Both the position numbers and the translations under genes were made by a program. The notes under the pieces were generated by a model. The model worked only from the letters and a program-made list of their open reading frames with translations. It searched no databases and was not told the DNA's origin. DNA of 64,000 bases from assembly GCA_964016885.1 (NCBI GenBank), contig OZ024753.1, positions 5,456,001 to 5,520,000 of the forward strand, given 5' to 3'. Numbering within the stretch: the first letter of the stretch is position 1; every line of letters starts with the position of its first letter. This stretch comes from Eledone cirrhosa (taxonomy: Eukaryota). Below are positions 1 to 13,418 of the stretch, piece by piece.

Positions 1-113
1 GGAAGGAAGGGGTGATTATGTCGACTGAGGAAGGAAGGGGTGATTACATCAACTGAAGAAGGAAGGAGTGTCTAATACACACACATCTATGTGATGACCG
101 AGGAAGGAGAGAT
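1..113. repeat. Degenerate end of a 28-bp satellite array
   Basis: Units GTGATTATGTCGACTGAGGAAGGAAGGG match the array at 1520-2540. Confidence 0.75.
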
Positions 114-740
114 GAGAATCTATAGAAGTCCAGCATTCTAAGATTTGTCACAGCTGTGTGTTTGTATGTTTGTATCACTTGTGTGAGTGAGTGCGAACGA
201 ACGAACTGATCAACAAGTATCTTTTTATATTATGTATAGATATTACAATTAGTCCTTATTTTTTACAGTATGAGGCCAGCTAGTATAACATAAATCAAAT
301 GTATACTGAAAGTTGGTTTTATCTCTGCAACTGAAAACCAGAATAAATTAATTACAATATCTACACTGACAGTTGCTGTTAGAAACAGCCACCAAATCTC
401 ATTGAAATCATATCCTACTGTATTAAAAAAAGAACACATTGAATGGTTTCGGGTACACTGTTACACCCTTCTTGGAAAAAAAAAAAAAGGGTGGAAAATC
501 TTGATTTGACTATCTCTGATCATAGGTCTGCTCAGTCAAAGCTGGGCTGCAGATGGAGATAAATCCAAATCCTTCTCACTCCTGTTGGAGGAAACCCTCC
601 TCGCCCTTTGGTTGATCTCCACTGCTTCGTATCTCTGGCCATACTGGGCCATGTGTGGGCCGAGGTATCAATTTAGAGATAAATAATAACAACAAAAACA
701 AGAACAAACACCTAACCCTAATAGGGACCACATGGGAGAG

Positions 741-1154
741 TAACCTTTTAGCATTTACATTACTCTATATGTACTATTGTATTTTTTAGGTAAAGGCTTT
801 ATCTTACATAAATATCTCACATAATATCGAATCGATGAGATTATGATGTTACTTATTTTGAGAACAATACCTTAATGTCAGTATGAGTGGCCAGTTAAGG
901 CCGGTTTGAAAAGAAAGAGATGAGAGAATTCTGGATGGATAGAGCCAGTTTAAACCTTTAGTATTTGCATTACTCTACATATACTATTGTATTTTCATGG
1001 TAAAGGCTTTATCTAACATAATATCGAATCTGAGATTTTGATATTTATTTTGAGAACAATACCTTAACATCAGTAGCTGGTTATAGCCAGTTTGAACAGA
1101 AAGAGATGAAAGAATTCTGGCTGGATAAGGCTGGTTTAAATGCTAAAAGGTTAA
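741..1154 (+). mobile_element. Two tandem degenerate piggyBac-like MITE copies
   Basis: Two ~205-bp units homologous to 6396-6603; the array ends ATGCTAAAAGGTTAA. Confidence 0.7.
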
Positions 1155-1519
1155 ACAATTACACATTCACTGTTGAAACTGATGGAGAACTCTTCATCTT
1201 AGATGGAGTATCTTTCAATTAAGAGTAAGGAAAGTATACAAATATGTAGTTCATTTGACTTTTTTTTTATTTTGAAACATCTGATAAAAAAAATAACAAA
1301 AAAGTCAAGAAACCAATTCAAACAAACAACACACAACAGCCCCCCCCCCCTCCTCCACTGGCATTAATTTTATGCAGTTATTCATTCGAATAATTAACAT
1401 ATTTTTAGTTTGACATTCAACAGAAACGAGTTACCTACTTGAGATAATGCTGAATATATTAAATGAAATAATAATATACTAATATATATACCATTGTGTA
1501 TTTGTCCGTCACACACTGG

Positions 1520-2540
1520 AGATGATAATGTCGACTGAGGAAGGAAGAGATGATAATGTCGACTGAGGAAGGAAGGGGTGATAATGTATACTGAGGAAGG
1601 AAGCGGTGATTATGTTGACTGAGGAAGGAAGGGGTGATAATGTATACTGAGGAAGGAAGCGGTGATTATGTTGACTGAGGAAGGAAGGGGTGATAATGTA
1701 TACTGAGGAAGGAAGAGGTGATAATGTATACTGAGGAAGGAAGGGGTGATAATGTCGACTGAGGAAGGAAGGGGTGATAATGTCGACTGAGGAAGGAAGA
1801 GATGATAATGTCGACTGAGGAAGGAAGAGGTGATAATGTATACTGAGGAAGGAAGAGGTGATAATGTAGACTGAGGAAGGAACCGGTGACTATGTCGACT
1901 GAGGAAGGAAGGGGTGATAATGTATACTGAGGAAGGAAGAGGTGATAATGTCGACTGAGGAAGGAAGAGGTGATAATGTATACTGAGGAAGGAAGGGGTG
2001 ATAATGTCGACTGAGGAAGGAAGGGGTGATAATGTCGACTGAAGAAGGAAGAGATGATAATGTCGACTGAGGAAGGAAGGGGTGATAATGTCGACTGAGT
2101 AAGGAAGAGGTGATAATGTCGACTGAGGAAGGAAGGGATGATAATGTCGACTGAAGAAGGAAGAGATGATAATGTCGACTGAGGAAGGAAGAGGTGATAA
2201 TGTCGACTGAGGAAGGAAGGGATGATAATGTCGACTGAGGAAGGAAGAGGTGATAATGTCGACTGAGGAAGGAAGGGGTGATAATGTCGACTGAGGAAGG
2301 AAGGGATGATAATGTCGACTGAGGAAGGAAGGGATGATAATGTCGACTGAGGAAGGAAGGGGTGATAATGTCGACTGAGGAAGGAAGGGGTGATAATGTC
2401 GACTGAGGAAGGAAGGGATGATAATGTCGACTGAGGAAGGAAGGGGTGATAATGTCGACTGAGGAAGGAAGGGATGATAATGTCGACTGAGGAAGGAAGG
2501 GGTGATAATGTCGACTGAGGAAGGAAGGGGTGATAATGTA
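1520..2540. repeat. 28-bp tandem minisatellite, ~36 copies
   Basis: Unit GTGATAATGTCGACTGAGGAAGGAAGGG with a period of 28 (e.g. 1741 to 1769). The minus-strand ORF repeats every 28 aa, equal to 3 units. Confidence 0.97.
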
Positions 2541-2730
2541 TTTGGCGATGACATTTATGTAGTAAGTATTGGCGATATTGATGATATCAATACTAGTTTA
2601 ATTCATCTCATGTTAGATTGATTGATTTTTTTATTTATTTAGTTAAGTTTGTTTTTTGTCTACTGAATTTGTTTAAATATAATAAAATTTACCTGGGGCC
2701 TATGTGTTCTGGGCTTAAAAGAATGTTTAA

Positions 2731-2951
2731 CCCTTTAACATTTAAACCAGCCATACCCAGCCAGAATTCTCTCACCTTTTTCTGTTCAAACCAGCTGTAA
2801 CTGACCACTCATACCGATGTTAAGGTATTGTTCTCAACATAAATAATATCAAAATCTCATAGATTCAATATTATGTGAGATAATTATGGGAAGTAAAGCC
2901 TTTACCATGAAAATATGATAGTATATATAGAGTAATGTAAATGGTAAAGGG
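2731..2951 (-). mobile_element. piggyBac-like MITE
   Basis: TTAA|CCCTTTAACATTTA...TAAATGGTAAAGGG|TTAA; reverse complement of 6396-6603. Confidence 0.85.
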
Positions 2952-3769
2952 TTAAAGAGAATAGGGTCTGTGGGATGGGTATGTGCTGGGGCTTGAAACA
3001 ACAAAACTAAACACCACAGGAGGAATTTTTTCAATTTTGTCACGTTCTACAGAAATGGATTTGTTAGCAGTATTTTAAAAAGAAATAAAATCATCATCAT
3101 CATTTTAACACACTGCTACCTTTTTCATTCTTATATGGGCTAGATAGATTTGAGGCAAATTTTCTACAGCCAAATGCTCTGCCTGATGTCAACCTATAGC
3201 TTATTCTAATTATGGTACATTATAAATGCACCCAGTACATCCTGTAATGTGGTTGGTGATATAGAAAGGGCATCCAGCCATAGAAAGCTTGCCAAACAAA
3301 GGGTTGGGAGGACACTTCAGTTGTGTCAAAGACATGACATCCTCGCTTGTGCACTTGGTAGAATGTGAGACCCTATGTAAGTAAGATGCAAATCCCTGAC
3401 CTGTCAGGGAGGTCAGTAGCCCCACCTCAGCACTAACTTGGTCTATGTAGACCCTTCCAACCTTTGCTAGCAGGGAAAGTGGATGTCAAAACGGTGGTGG
3501 TGGTGGTGGTACCACAGATGTTTGAAGTGCAGGACACATTGTTTATGGGGTACATAACTGTTACTATTGATTATTATAAACAATGTTGACATGACATTTG
3601 CAGTCATTGACATTCACCCACCACACATATATGTTTAGTTGTATGAATGACTGAAATCTCCCTAGCACTAGAAACTATGCTAAAAGGATCACAAAGACCC
3701 TCAAGTTGTATCAAGGGCACAACCACTTCTTAACCACTCAGCCATACCAGCAACATTATTATAACTGTT

Positions 3770-4175
3770 TAATATCTATTTTCCATGCCTCCATAAGTTA
3801 GAGTTGTCACATACTGAAGCTAGACTGGTTAGGTGACTATATCGTGTTCATATGCTCCATTTTGGGCTTGGTTTCTATGGCTGGATGCCCTACTTAACAG
3901 AATGGGCAAGGTGCTTGTTGTGACACTAGCTCTACCACTTTACAGAGTGGAATTTATTGTCATGGCACCAGCACCTTAGAGTAGACTGGGTGTTTTTTAT
4001 CATGACACCAGCACTAGATCCTTACAGAATGGACTGAGTGCTTTTTGACATAGCACCAGCACTACCACTTTACAGAGTAGACTGGGTGCTTTTCGTCATG
4101 GCACCAGTACTATCACCTTACAGAATGGACTGAATGCTTGTCATGGCACCAGCACTACCACTTTACAGAGTAAAC
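3770..4175 (-). repeat. RTE/SINE 3' tail with internal ~48-bp tandem expansion
   Basis: TTTCTATGGCTGGATGCCC tail motif, followed by ~5 copies of CATGGCACCAGCACTACCACTTTACAGAGTAGACTGGGTG. Confidence 0.65.
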
Positions 4176-4368
4176 TGCATAATGTATGTAATAAATCTTT
4201 ATAATGAATCCTACTGTATGTTCAAGACCAGACAATATTTTTGTGAAGTTGTGTGTGTGTGGGTGTGTGGGGTGCTAGACAATTAACTCAACACCCAATA
4301 ACTAAATGGTACTTATACTACTGACACTGCCTCCCAATGGAAAAAAAAAAAAATGAAAATCAGTATTA

Positions 4369-4645
4369 CCCTTTAACATTTGAATTGGCTGTATCCGGCC
4401 ATAATTCTCTCACCACTTTCTGTTCAAACCAGTCATAACCTGCTACTCACACTGATGTTAAAGTATTGTTCTCAAAATAAATAATATCAAAATCTCATAG
4501 ATTCGATATTATGTGAGGTAAAGCCTTTACCATGAAAATACGATAGTAAATATAGAGTAATGTAAATGTTATGTGAGATAATTATGTGAGGTAAAGCCTT
4601 CATCATGAAAATACAATAGTAAATATAGAGTAATGAAAATGTTAT
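4369..4645 (-). mobile_element. piggyBac-like MITE with duplicated end, interrupted by a Helitron
   Basis: Starts CCCTTTAACATTTG. A further terminal piece at ~5745-5802 ends ATGCTAAATGGTTAA. Confidence 0.7.
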
Positions 4646-4958
4646 AATCTATACTATAAAGCTGACGGTCGTATGTATGTAACAAACCTTTCGCCAAACG
4701 GCACCAAATTTGCACCATAGATGTAACTTTTTCGAACTAAGAAAGTAAGGGTATTTTTGTCTACTAAATTTTGTTAAAAGATTAATGATATTTTATCGTT
4801 TATTTAAATATTCACTTCTTTAAAATTTTCAAATGTCAACACTTCCGGTTATACAACATTCCTAACGTCTTCACGAACCAAAGTATCATCTTCCTGTTTT
4901 CTTTCGGTTGCAACGTTTTTCGAAATATTTACTTCTGCGTTCATAGATTGATTGTTTT

Positions 4959-5009
4959 AGTTTCAGAAGATCCCGTTAAGGGTGAAAGCAGCGATTCTTT
5001 GCTTACACT
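4959..5009 (+). ncRNA. Hammerhead-like motif (U4A core) in a solo PLE pLTR fragment (~4873-5028)
   Basis: AGTTT CAGAAGA TCCC-GTTAA-GGGT GAAA GCA...TGC TT ACACT; homologous to 40694-40744. Confidence 0.55.
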
Positions 5010-5229
5010 TTAATCTGTTATTTTAATATATATATACATATACAATTATATATTCGTGTACAGATATTTTTGCATACACAAAAACAAAATATAAACAAAC
5101 GTATTTATTTCACGAAAGCACAGACGGCTTATCGTCATTGTTACTGTCGATATGCCACCCAAAAAGTCCTAGCCTGGCCGGAAGATCAGATTTTCCAGAA
5201 GAATAAATGTTACTAGAGCAACAGAGAGA

Positions 5230-5422
5230 CTAAGCTTCGCGATTACCATCAACAAAGCTCAGGGTCAAACCCTAAAAGTGGCTGGCCTTCATCTGGGACA
5301 ACCATGCTTCTCCCATGGTCAATGTAGGATGCTCTAGGGTGAGCTCGCCAAACAATCTCTTCATCTTTGCTCCCGAGGGCCGAACAAAAAATATTGTATA
5401 CTCTGAGGCACTAACAATGTAA
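5230..5422 (+). pseudogene. Helitron RepHel Pif1-type helicase C-terminal remnant
   Basis: Translates LSFAITINKAQGQTLKVAGLHLGQPCFSHGQ/..GCSRVSSPNNLFIFAPEGRTKNIVYSEAL (motifs V/VI), with a frameshift. Confidence 0.9.
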
Positions 5423-6097
5423 TTTATGTATTTTCTGTTACTTGGAATTTCCATTATGATTGTACAAATTATTGTAAAGTTTGTTAAAAAATTTGTTCTC
5501 TGTTCAACCTTTATTGTTGTAACTATCAATTTTCTTTAACGTACTGGCTGCTGAACTGGGGAATCCTAAAAACTATTCAAACCCAACATCAGAGCACATT
5601 AACCCCCCCCCCCCCACACACACCGCTGACTTGAGAGGGCATGCGGTATCATTGCACTGGAGTGGAGGGGGGATTCCTGAAAAGATAAAATGCCGGTAAA
5701 CCTAGCCGGACAAGCCAGCTAGTATAATATATTAATAATATAATGAACTTTGCCATGAAAATACAATAGTAAATATAGACAAATGTAAATGCTAAATGGT
5801 TAAAGATAACAACAACAACAAACAACACCACCAACACGAATAAAATGAAATGTTTACAAACCTTCATTGCTAGACAGTTTGGGATTAAAATATATTCTTA
5901 TATTTGTGTTATTTACAGTTCATTAGTTGTCTGTGGAGGTATCTCTCTTCCAATGCATGGAAAGATTTTCAGGAAACAACTGATTCCTTATTTACATTAT
6001 GTTTCCTGCAAATTAGAAATAGAAAAAAACCAAAAAACAATAGATAATAAGTTTTACAAAGTACACTGCAAGAACCTTATTATTTATATTCATGGAT

Positions 6098-6284
6098 GGG
6101 CGGTGGATTGGCAGTATCGGTAGAGAGTCGGATACCATGCTTTGAAGCATAGAGTTACGTCCCTTTATGATCTGAGTTCAAATCCCGCCGAGGTTAACTT
6201 TGCCTTTCATCCTTACGGGGTCGATAAAATAAAGTACCAGTAATGTACTGGATAATTGCTGGCCTTGTGCCTAAAATAGAAACA
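6098..6284 (+). mobile_element. tRNA-derived SINE (Nin/Deu-like central domain)
   Basis: A box TGGCAGTATCGG, B box GAGTTCAAATCC, core GCCTTTCATCCTTACGGGGTCGATAAAATAAAGTACCAG; ~19-bp TSD ATTATTTATATTCATGGAT. Confidence 0.88.
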
Positions 6285-6395
6285 ATTATTTATATTCATG
6301 GATAATGTTAAACAATTGATTGAAAATATTATATTACTCCTTAATTTTTTTTGTCTTTTGCCCAGGTAAGACATAAATCTTATTAAAAATATTAA

Positions 6396-6603
6396 CCCTT
6401 TAGCATTTACATTACTCTATATCTACTATTGTATTTTCACGGTAATGGCTTAATCTCACATAATATTGAAGTTATGAGATTTTGATGTTATTTATATTGA
6501 GAACAATACCTAAACATCAGTATGAGTGGCCGGTTACAGCCGGTTTGAACAGAAACAAGTGACAGCATTCTGGCCGGATACAGCCAGTTTAAACGCTAAA
6601 GGG
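6396..6603 (+). mobile_element. piggyBac-like MITE, complete (208 bp)
   Basis: TTAA|CCCTTTAGCATTTA...TAAACGCTAAAGGG|TTAA, giving TIRs and a TTAA TSD. Confidence 0.9.
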
Positions 6604-6992
6604 TTAAGTCACCAAAGAATAGGTCTTTGTATTAACATATGCTCAAATTTGAAGAAGTAACACAGAGGCTTTCTTGTGCATTGTATGGAAAGGTGCTTGA
6701 ATATAAAGAAAACTTAAACAGAAATTCACATTAGTGTATAAAATATTTACTTTTCTGTTGCAAGAGCAAGCAATTTTATGTGGTACTCTTAAGTTAAATC
6801 GTGCAAAAGCACAGCCGATCTGAGAACTGAAAAGATTAAAAGATGGTTGTGTGATCTTGTTTTGTCCATTTTCTTCTTTTGCTCCTTTCTTCCTTTCACT
6901 TCTGTGGGCCAACACACATTAAGTTGCTGCTTTCTGTTATTTGAGGTAAATCTAACCTGACATTCTCATTGATGGCATTTTCACTGTTTTAA

Positions 6993-7206
6993 CCCTTTAG
7001 CATTTAAACCGGCCGTATCCAGATAGATTTCTCTCACCTCTTTCTGTTCAAACCGGCCATAACTGGCCCCTCATACTGATTTTACGGTATTGTTCTCAAA
7101 ATAAATAATATCAAAATCTCATAGATTCGATATATGAAATAATTATGTGAGGTAAAGCCTATACCGTGAAAATACAATAGTATATATAGAATAATGTAAA
7201 TGTTAA
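6993..7206 (-). mobile_element. piggyBac-like MITE, right TIR truncated
   Basis: TTAA|CCCTTTAGCATTTAAACC start; same body as the other copies. Confidence 0.8.
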
Positions 7207-7509
7207 CAGCTTTCTTGCATTGAGTTATCATTCTAAGAATTCTAATACACTCGCGCTCTAACCCAATCTTCGAGAAAACTGTTTATATTTATCTTTAAAA
7301 GGTTATCTATTGTCAGTTATTGTCAAGATTTATAAGCAACAGACTGTGGCAAAGATTAAAACATAAATAAACATATTTATCAGTTAGTCTAAATTTAGAG
7401 AACTTAGTGCAGCCAGACTAACAGTATTGTCCTTTTTTAACCTTAGATTCTTTATTATCACCAAATAAGCACTATAAACAGATTAAAGTCTATTCTGAAA
7501 ACTGGCTAA

Positions 7510-8853
7510 AAGGGCCGTAGATTGGCAAAATCAGTAGAGGGTTGGACAACATGCTTAGCGGCATAGAGTTATAGCATTTTACATTCTTAGTTCAAATTCC
7601 GCTGAGGTTATCTTGGCATTTCATCTTTACAGGGTTGATAAAATAAAGTATCAGTAATGCATTAGGGTTGATTTAATCGAATTTCTCTTTCCTCAAAAAT
7701 TATTGAATTTGTGTCTAAATAAGAAACCATTATTTAATGTCCATTTTACATGCTTGCATGGGTTAGATGGATTGTCATGTTATGAGACAAGTCAAGAGAT
7801 CACGTTATGCTCATAGAAAAGAGAAACTTTAGCATACATGAACAAAAAGAAAAATGCTACGAAATCATGTTTAACCTTTTAACATTTAAATCTTTCTGTT
7901 TAAACTGGCTGTATCTTTCTGGAAAGAGAAGTTAACTTTGCCTTTCATCCTTACGGCGCCGATAAAATAAAGCACCAGTAACATACAGGGGTCGATTTGA
8001 TCAACTTTCCCCTACCCCCAAATTGCTGGCCTTGTGCCTATATAAGAAATCATTATTATTATTATGGGCAGTGGATTTCCAGTAATCGGACAACACACTT
8101 TGCAACATATAGTTATGTCCCTTTACATTCTGAGTTCAAATCCTCCTGAGGTTAGCTTTGCCTTTAATCCTTATGGGGGTCGATAAAATAAAGTACCACT
8201 GGGGTAGATTTAATTGACCCCCCCCCCCCCCCCCAAAAAAAAAAAAATTATTGGCCTTGTGCCTAAAGCAGAAACTATTATTATGGGCAGTGGATCAGCC
8301 AGTAATCAGTAGAGCATCCAATAAGATGCTTTTTGACATATATTTACGTTTCTTTACATTCTGAGTTCAAATCCTACTGAGATTAGCTTTACCTTTCATC
8401 CTTATGGGTTTGATCAAATAAAGTACCAGTAATATACTGGAGTTGATTTAACAGACTTTCCTCTCCCCAAAAATTATTAGCCCTGTCCTAAATCAGAAAC
8501 CATTATTATTTCAAATCCCGTTGAGGTTAGCTTGGCCTTTCACCCTTACAGGTTTGATAAAATAAAGTACCAGTAATGCACTGAGGCCAATTTCATCAAC
8601 TTCCTATTCCCCCAAAATTGTGGGCCTTGTTCTTGAATCAGAAACCATTATTATTCACTGAGAAGGGCGAGTGGGTTAGCAGTATTGGTAGAAAGTCGGA
8701 CGCCATGCTTTGTAGCATAGAGTTACGGCCTTTTATGATCTGAGTTCAAATCCCGCCTAGGTTAACTTTGTCTTTCATCCTTACGGGGTCGATAAAATAA
8801 AGTACCAGTAATGCACTGCCATAATTGCTGGCCTTGTGCCAAAAGTAAAATCA
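7510..8853 (+). mobile_element. Cluster of ~6 same-orientation tRNA-SINE copies
   Basis: Copies at ~7510, 7930, 8065, 8284, 8511 and 8664, each with the CTTTCATCCTTA..GATAAAATAAAG core and an (ATT)n tail. The last has TSD ATTATTATTCACTGAGA. Confidence 0.88.
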
Positions 8854-9341
8854 ATTATTATTCACTGAGATTCACAGAGGAGATGACAATGTAATGTGGC
8901 TAGTGAAGAGATGCTGTGCTGAGGACACTGCCAAACCATGCAAGCAAGCATGGAAAAAACCGCTGTAAAAACGATGATGATGATGATTCTTCCCAATTTT
9001 CCCATGACGTGAGGGGTTGGGTGTTTACATTACAAATGATAAATTATGACATAACATAATAAATATACTGTCAACTCATTCAGCAAGTATCAGAAGACAA
9101 GCCTACATGTATTTCGATAAACATTAGCTTCCCCCTGTCAAACACTCTTACAAATACTTCAGTTACTTAGATACAATATATTATCATTACACAGTTTAAA
9201 CTATAAGGGTGCCTTATAATAAAGGTATTCACTTTTCATTGCAGTTCATGTGTTTGCAATGTATGTATGTTTCTATGGTAAACATGTGACTGCATATATA
9301 TATATAATGGTGAGCATGTGTGTGACTGTGTATGTGTGTGA

Positions 9342-9389
<48 letters not shown>

Positions 9390-9419
9390 TGAGCATGTGT
9401 GTGTGTGACTGTATTTATA

Positions 9420-9860
9420 TATCATCATTTAACGTTCATCTTCTATGCTAGCATGAGATATGATGGGTTGACCCTTAGAAAGAGAATCAGGTAGGGGGAC
9501 CATGTTTAGCTCACCCGGGACATATTTTGGCTGGGTTTCTACAGCTGGATGTCCTTCCTAACACCAACCACATTTATAGTGTGTGCTAGGTGCTTTTTGT
9601 CATGTCACATACACGACCTCATTAGTGTGGGCTGGGTACTTTTTGTTGTGTAGCTGACATGACTACTTTACAGTGGGGACTGGGCACTTTTGTCTTGGAA
9701 CTAGGGAAGAGGAAGAAGCTTGGGGAAATTGTGGACGTAGGTAATAGGGGAGAAGGTTGAGGAAGGTGTTGCCTTCTAGGTGTAAGCCTCAGTCGAAGAA
9801 TAATAGAGAGCGGGTCTTCTGTAATACTGCATAGCGCCAGAAGACCCACCCTCTATTATA
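9420..9860 (-). mobile_element. Old RTE 3' end with short terminal inversion
   Basis: (CAT)n tail and CTGGATGTCCTTCCTAACACCAACC motif; terminal hairpin TAATAGAGAGCGGGTCTTCTG...CAGAAGACCCACCCTCTATTA. Confidence 0.6.
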
Positions 9861-9922
9861 CTTATATATATGGTGAGCTTGTGTGTGACTGTGTTTGTAC
9901 ATCTATATTCTTCTTCCTGTAG

Positions 9923-9953
<31 letters not shown>

Positions 9954-9989
9954 ACATATATATATATATATATACATATATATATACGT

Positions 9990-10680
9990 AGTTAAGAAAG
10001 CCACAACAATGCAGAGGGAAATCTCGAGGTAGGAAGTGAAAGATAGATAGGAAAAACAGGTGAAAGTGAAAATTGAGAGAGACAAAGATGAAAACAAAAC
10101 AAAGGTAGAAGGGTTACTGTAGTAGAGATTTAATCCCAATATTTCGGGCTCACGCCCATCAACGGGGGAAAGTTCCAAATGGGGGGAACAGGCCAAGCGG
10201 AGAAAGTTGTGATGTCGTTAAGACAGGAATGTCGTTATGGGGAGAAAATTATTTAAAATTTAAACGAGGGAAAGAATGCGCGTGCGCGTGATAGGCTGTG
10301 GCAAAAGCTACTGACCAAATGGGTTAAATCAAGAGCGTGCGCTAGCGTGTGAAAGCCGTAAGATATGTGTGTGTAAATATATATGTGTGTGTAACTGTGT
10401 GTGTATAAGTGTAAGTGTGTATATGTGTGAGTGTGTATATGTGTGAGTGTGTGTGTGTGTGAAAGATAGTGGGCTGTAGAAGCTGGAAATCAAAGGGTGT
10501 GAAAGGTGGTAGGTTGTAAAACATGTGTGCGTGTATAAATATAGATGTGTGTGTGTAAGCGTATGGGTATACATGTGTGTGTAACTGTGTGTGTATATGT
10601 GTGAGTGCGTTTGTGTGTGAAAGATAGTGGGCTGTAGAAGCTGGAAATCAAAGGGTGTGAAAGGTGGTAGGTTGTAAAAA
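9990..10680 (-). mobile_element. Probable solo PLE pLTR/3'UTR with a degenerate hammerhead (10134-10169)
   Basis: Minus strand reads TCCC CCGTTGA T GGGC-GTGA-GCCC GAAA TA TT GGGA. Internal duplication 10462-10520/10620-10678; TA-flanked. Confidence 0.5.
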
Positions 10681-10751
10681 TATATATATACATATATATA
10701 TATACATATATATACATATATATATATACATATATATACACATATATATAC

Positions 10752-10806
<55 letters not shown>

Positions 10807-10830
10807 CACATATATATATATATACACATA

Positions 10831-11890
10831 TTGCCCTCCAGGCTATAACAGTGGAGTTCAAGACCGGCTGCCCATGGGAACTCCTATACGCAGATGATCT
10901 AACGCTCATAGCTGAATCAATGGCCGAGCTAGAGAAGAAATTCCAAACATGGAAGCACGGCCTAGAATCAAAAGGCCTTAAAATTAACCTAGCTAAGACT
11001 AAAGTTCTAGTTTGTAAGAAAGAAAATAAGGCGGCGGTCCCCTCCGGGAAGTGGCCATGCGCAGAGTGTAGGAAAGGCGTAGGTAGAAATTCCATTTTGT
11101 GTCCCAAATGCAAAGTTTGGGTGCATAAAAGATGTAGTGGGATCACAGGTAAGCTAACTAAGAACATAGATTTTACATGTGGCCGGTGTTCTGGGGATAT
11201 AAGTAGCAGCAAGTGCCCACGAAATACTAGCTCTTTCAACTGCGCAGAGGGTTCTATAGAAATAGTGGACAGCTTCCGTTACCTGGGTGACAAAATCAGC
11301 AGTGGGGGAGGGTGCTCTGAAAGTACAGTAGCTAGAGTCAGAACTGGGTGGAAAAAGTTCAGAGAGCTTATACCACTATTAGCCGCTAAAGGGTTCTCCC
11401 TAAAAATGAAAGGCAGGCTGTACGATGCCTGCATACGAACAGCAATGTTGCATGGCAGTGAGACCTGGGCATTGTGTGCAGAGGATATACGCAGACTAGA
11501 GAGAAACAAAGCTTGCATGCTCCGCTGGATGTGTAATAGTAATATACGTGAACGACAAAGCATAAACGAACTAAGGAAAAAATTAGAAATAAGAGGGATC
11601 AGATGTTGTTTACTAGAGAGAAGGCTACGTTGGTATGGTCACGTGATGCGCATGAAGGATGATAGCTGTATAACAAAGTGCAGGGCAATAAAGATAGACG
11701 GTAGCTACGGAATAGGCAGACCCAGAAAAACCTGGGACGAGCTGATAAACTCCGACCTCACACACTTACACCTCACCAAGACAATGTCACTGGACCGAGA
11801 CCTTTGGCGGTACTCAGTAATAGAGAAGACCCGTCTTACCTAAATACAAAGTAAAACCTACTACAGTCAGTAGGCATCTCTAACAAAATA
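10831..11890 (+). mobile_element. RTE-clade LINE fragment: RT C-terminal part with PHD-like finger
   Basis: ORF 10851-11843 contains [14 protein letters not shown], CxxC...CxxC.WVHxxC...Cxx[22 protein letters not shown] and GRPRKTW. It lacks the distal 3'UTR and tail. Confidence 0.95.

Positions 11891-13418
<1,528 letters not shown>

Larger units (their letters stand above)
4648..5722 (+). mobile_element. Non-autonomous Helitron
   Basis: A|TCTATACTATAAA 5' end; CCGG...CCGG hairpin followed by CTAG|T 3' end; internal Pif1 helicase remnant. Confidence 0.8.

Noticed and set aside
119-283. Tiny Helitron-like element (TCTATAG...GCCAGCTAG|T)
   Set aside because: No subterminal hairpin visible; the termini alone are too weak.
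1520-2540. CRISPR-like array
   Set aside because: Units are contiguous with no unique spacers, there are no cas genes, and the context is eukaryotic.
1610-2554. 314-aa Ser/Pro-rich repeat protein
   Set aside because: Artefact of a 28-bp (non-triplet) satellite.
5900-6960. Possible minus-strand host exons (acceptor at ~6007; ORF 6643-6915)
   Set aside because: No recognisable protein and no consistent exon chain.
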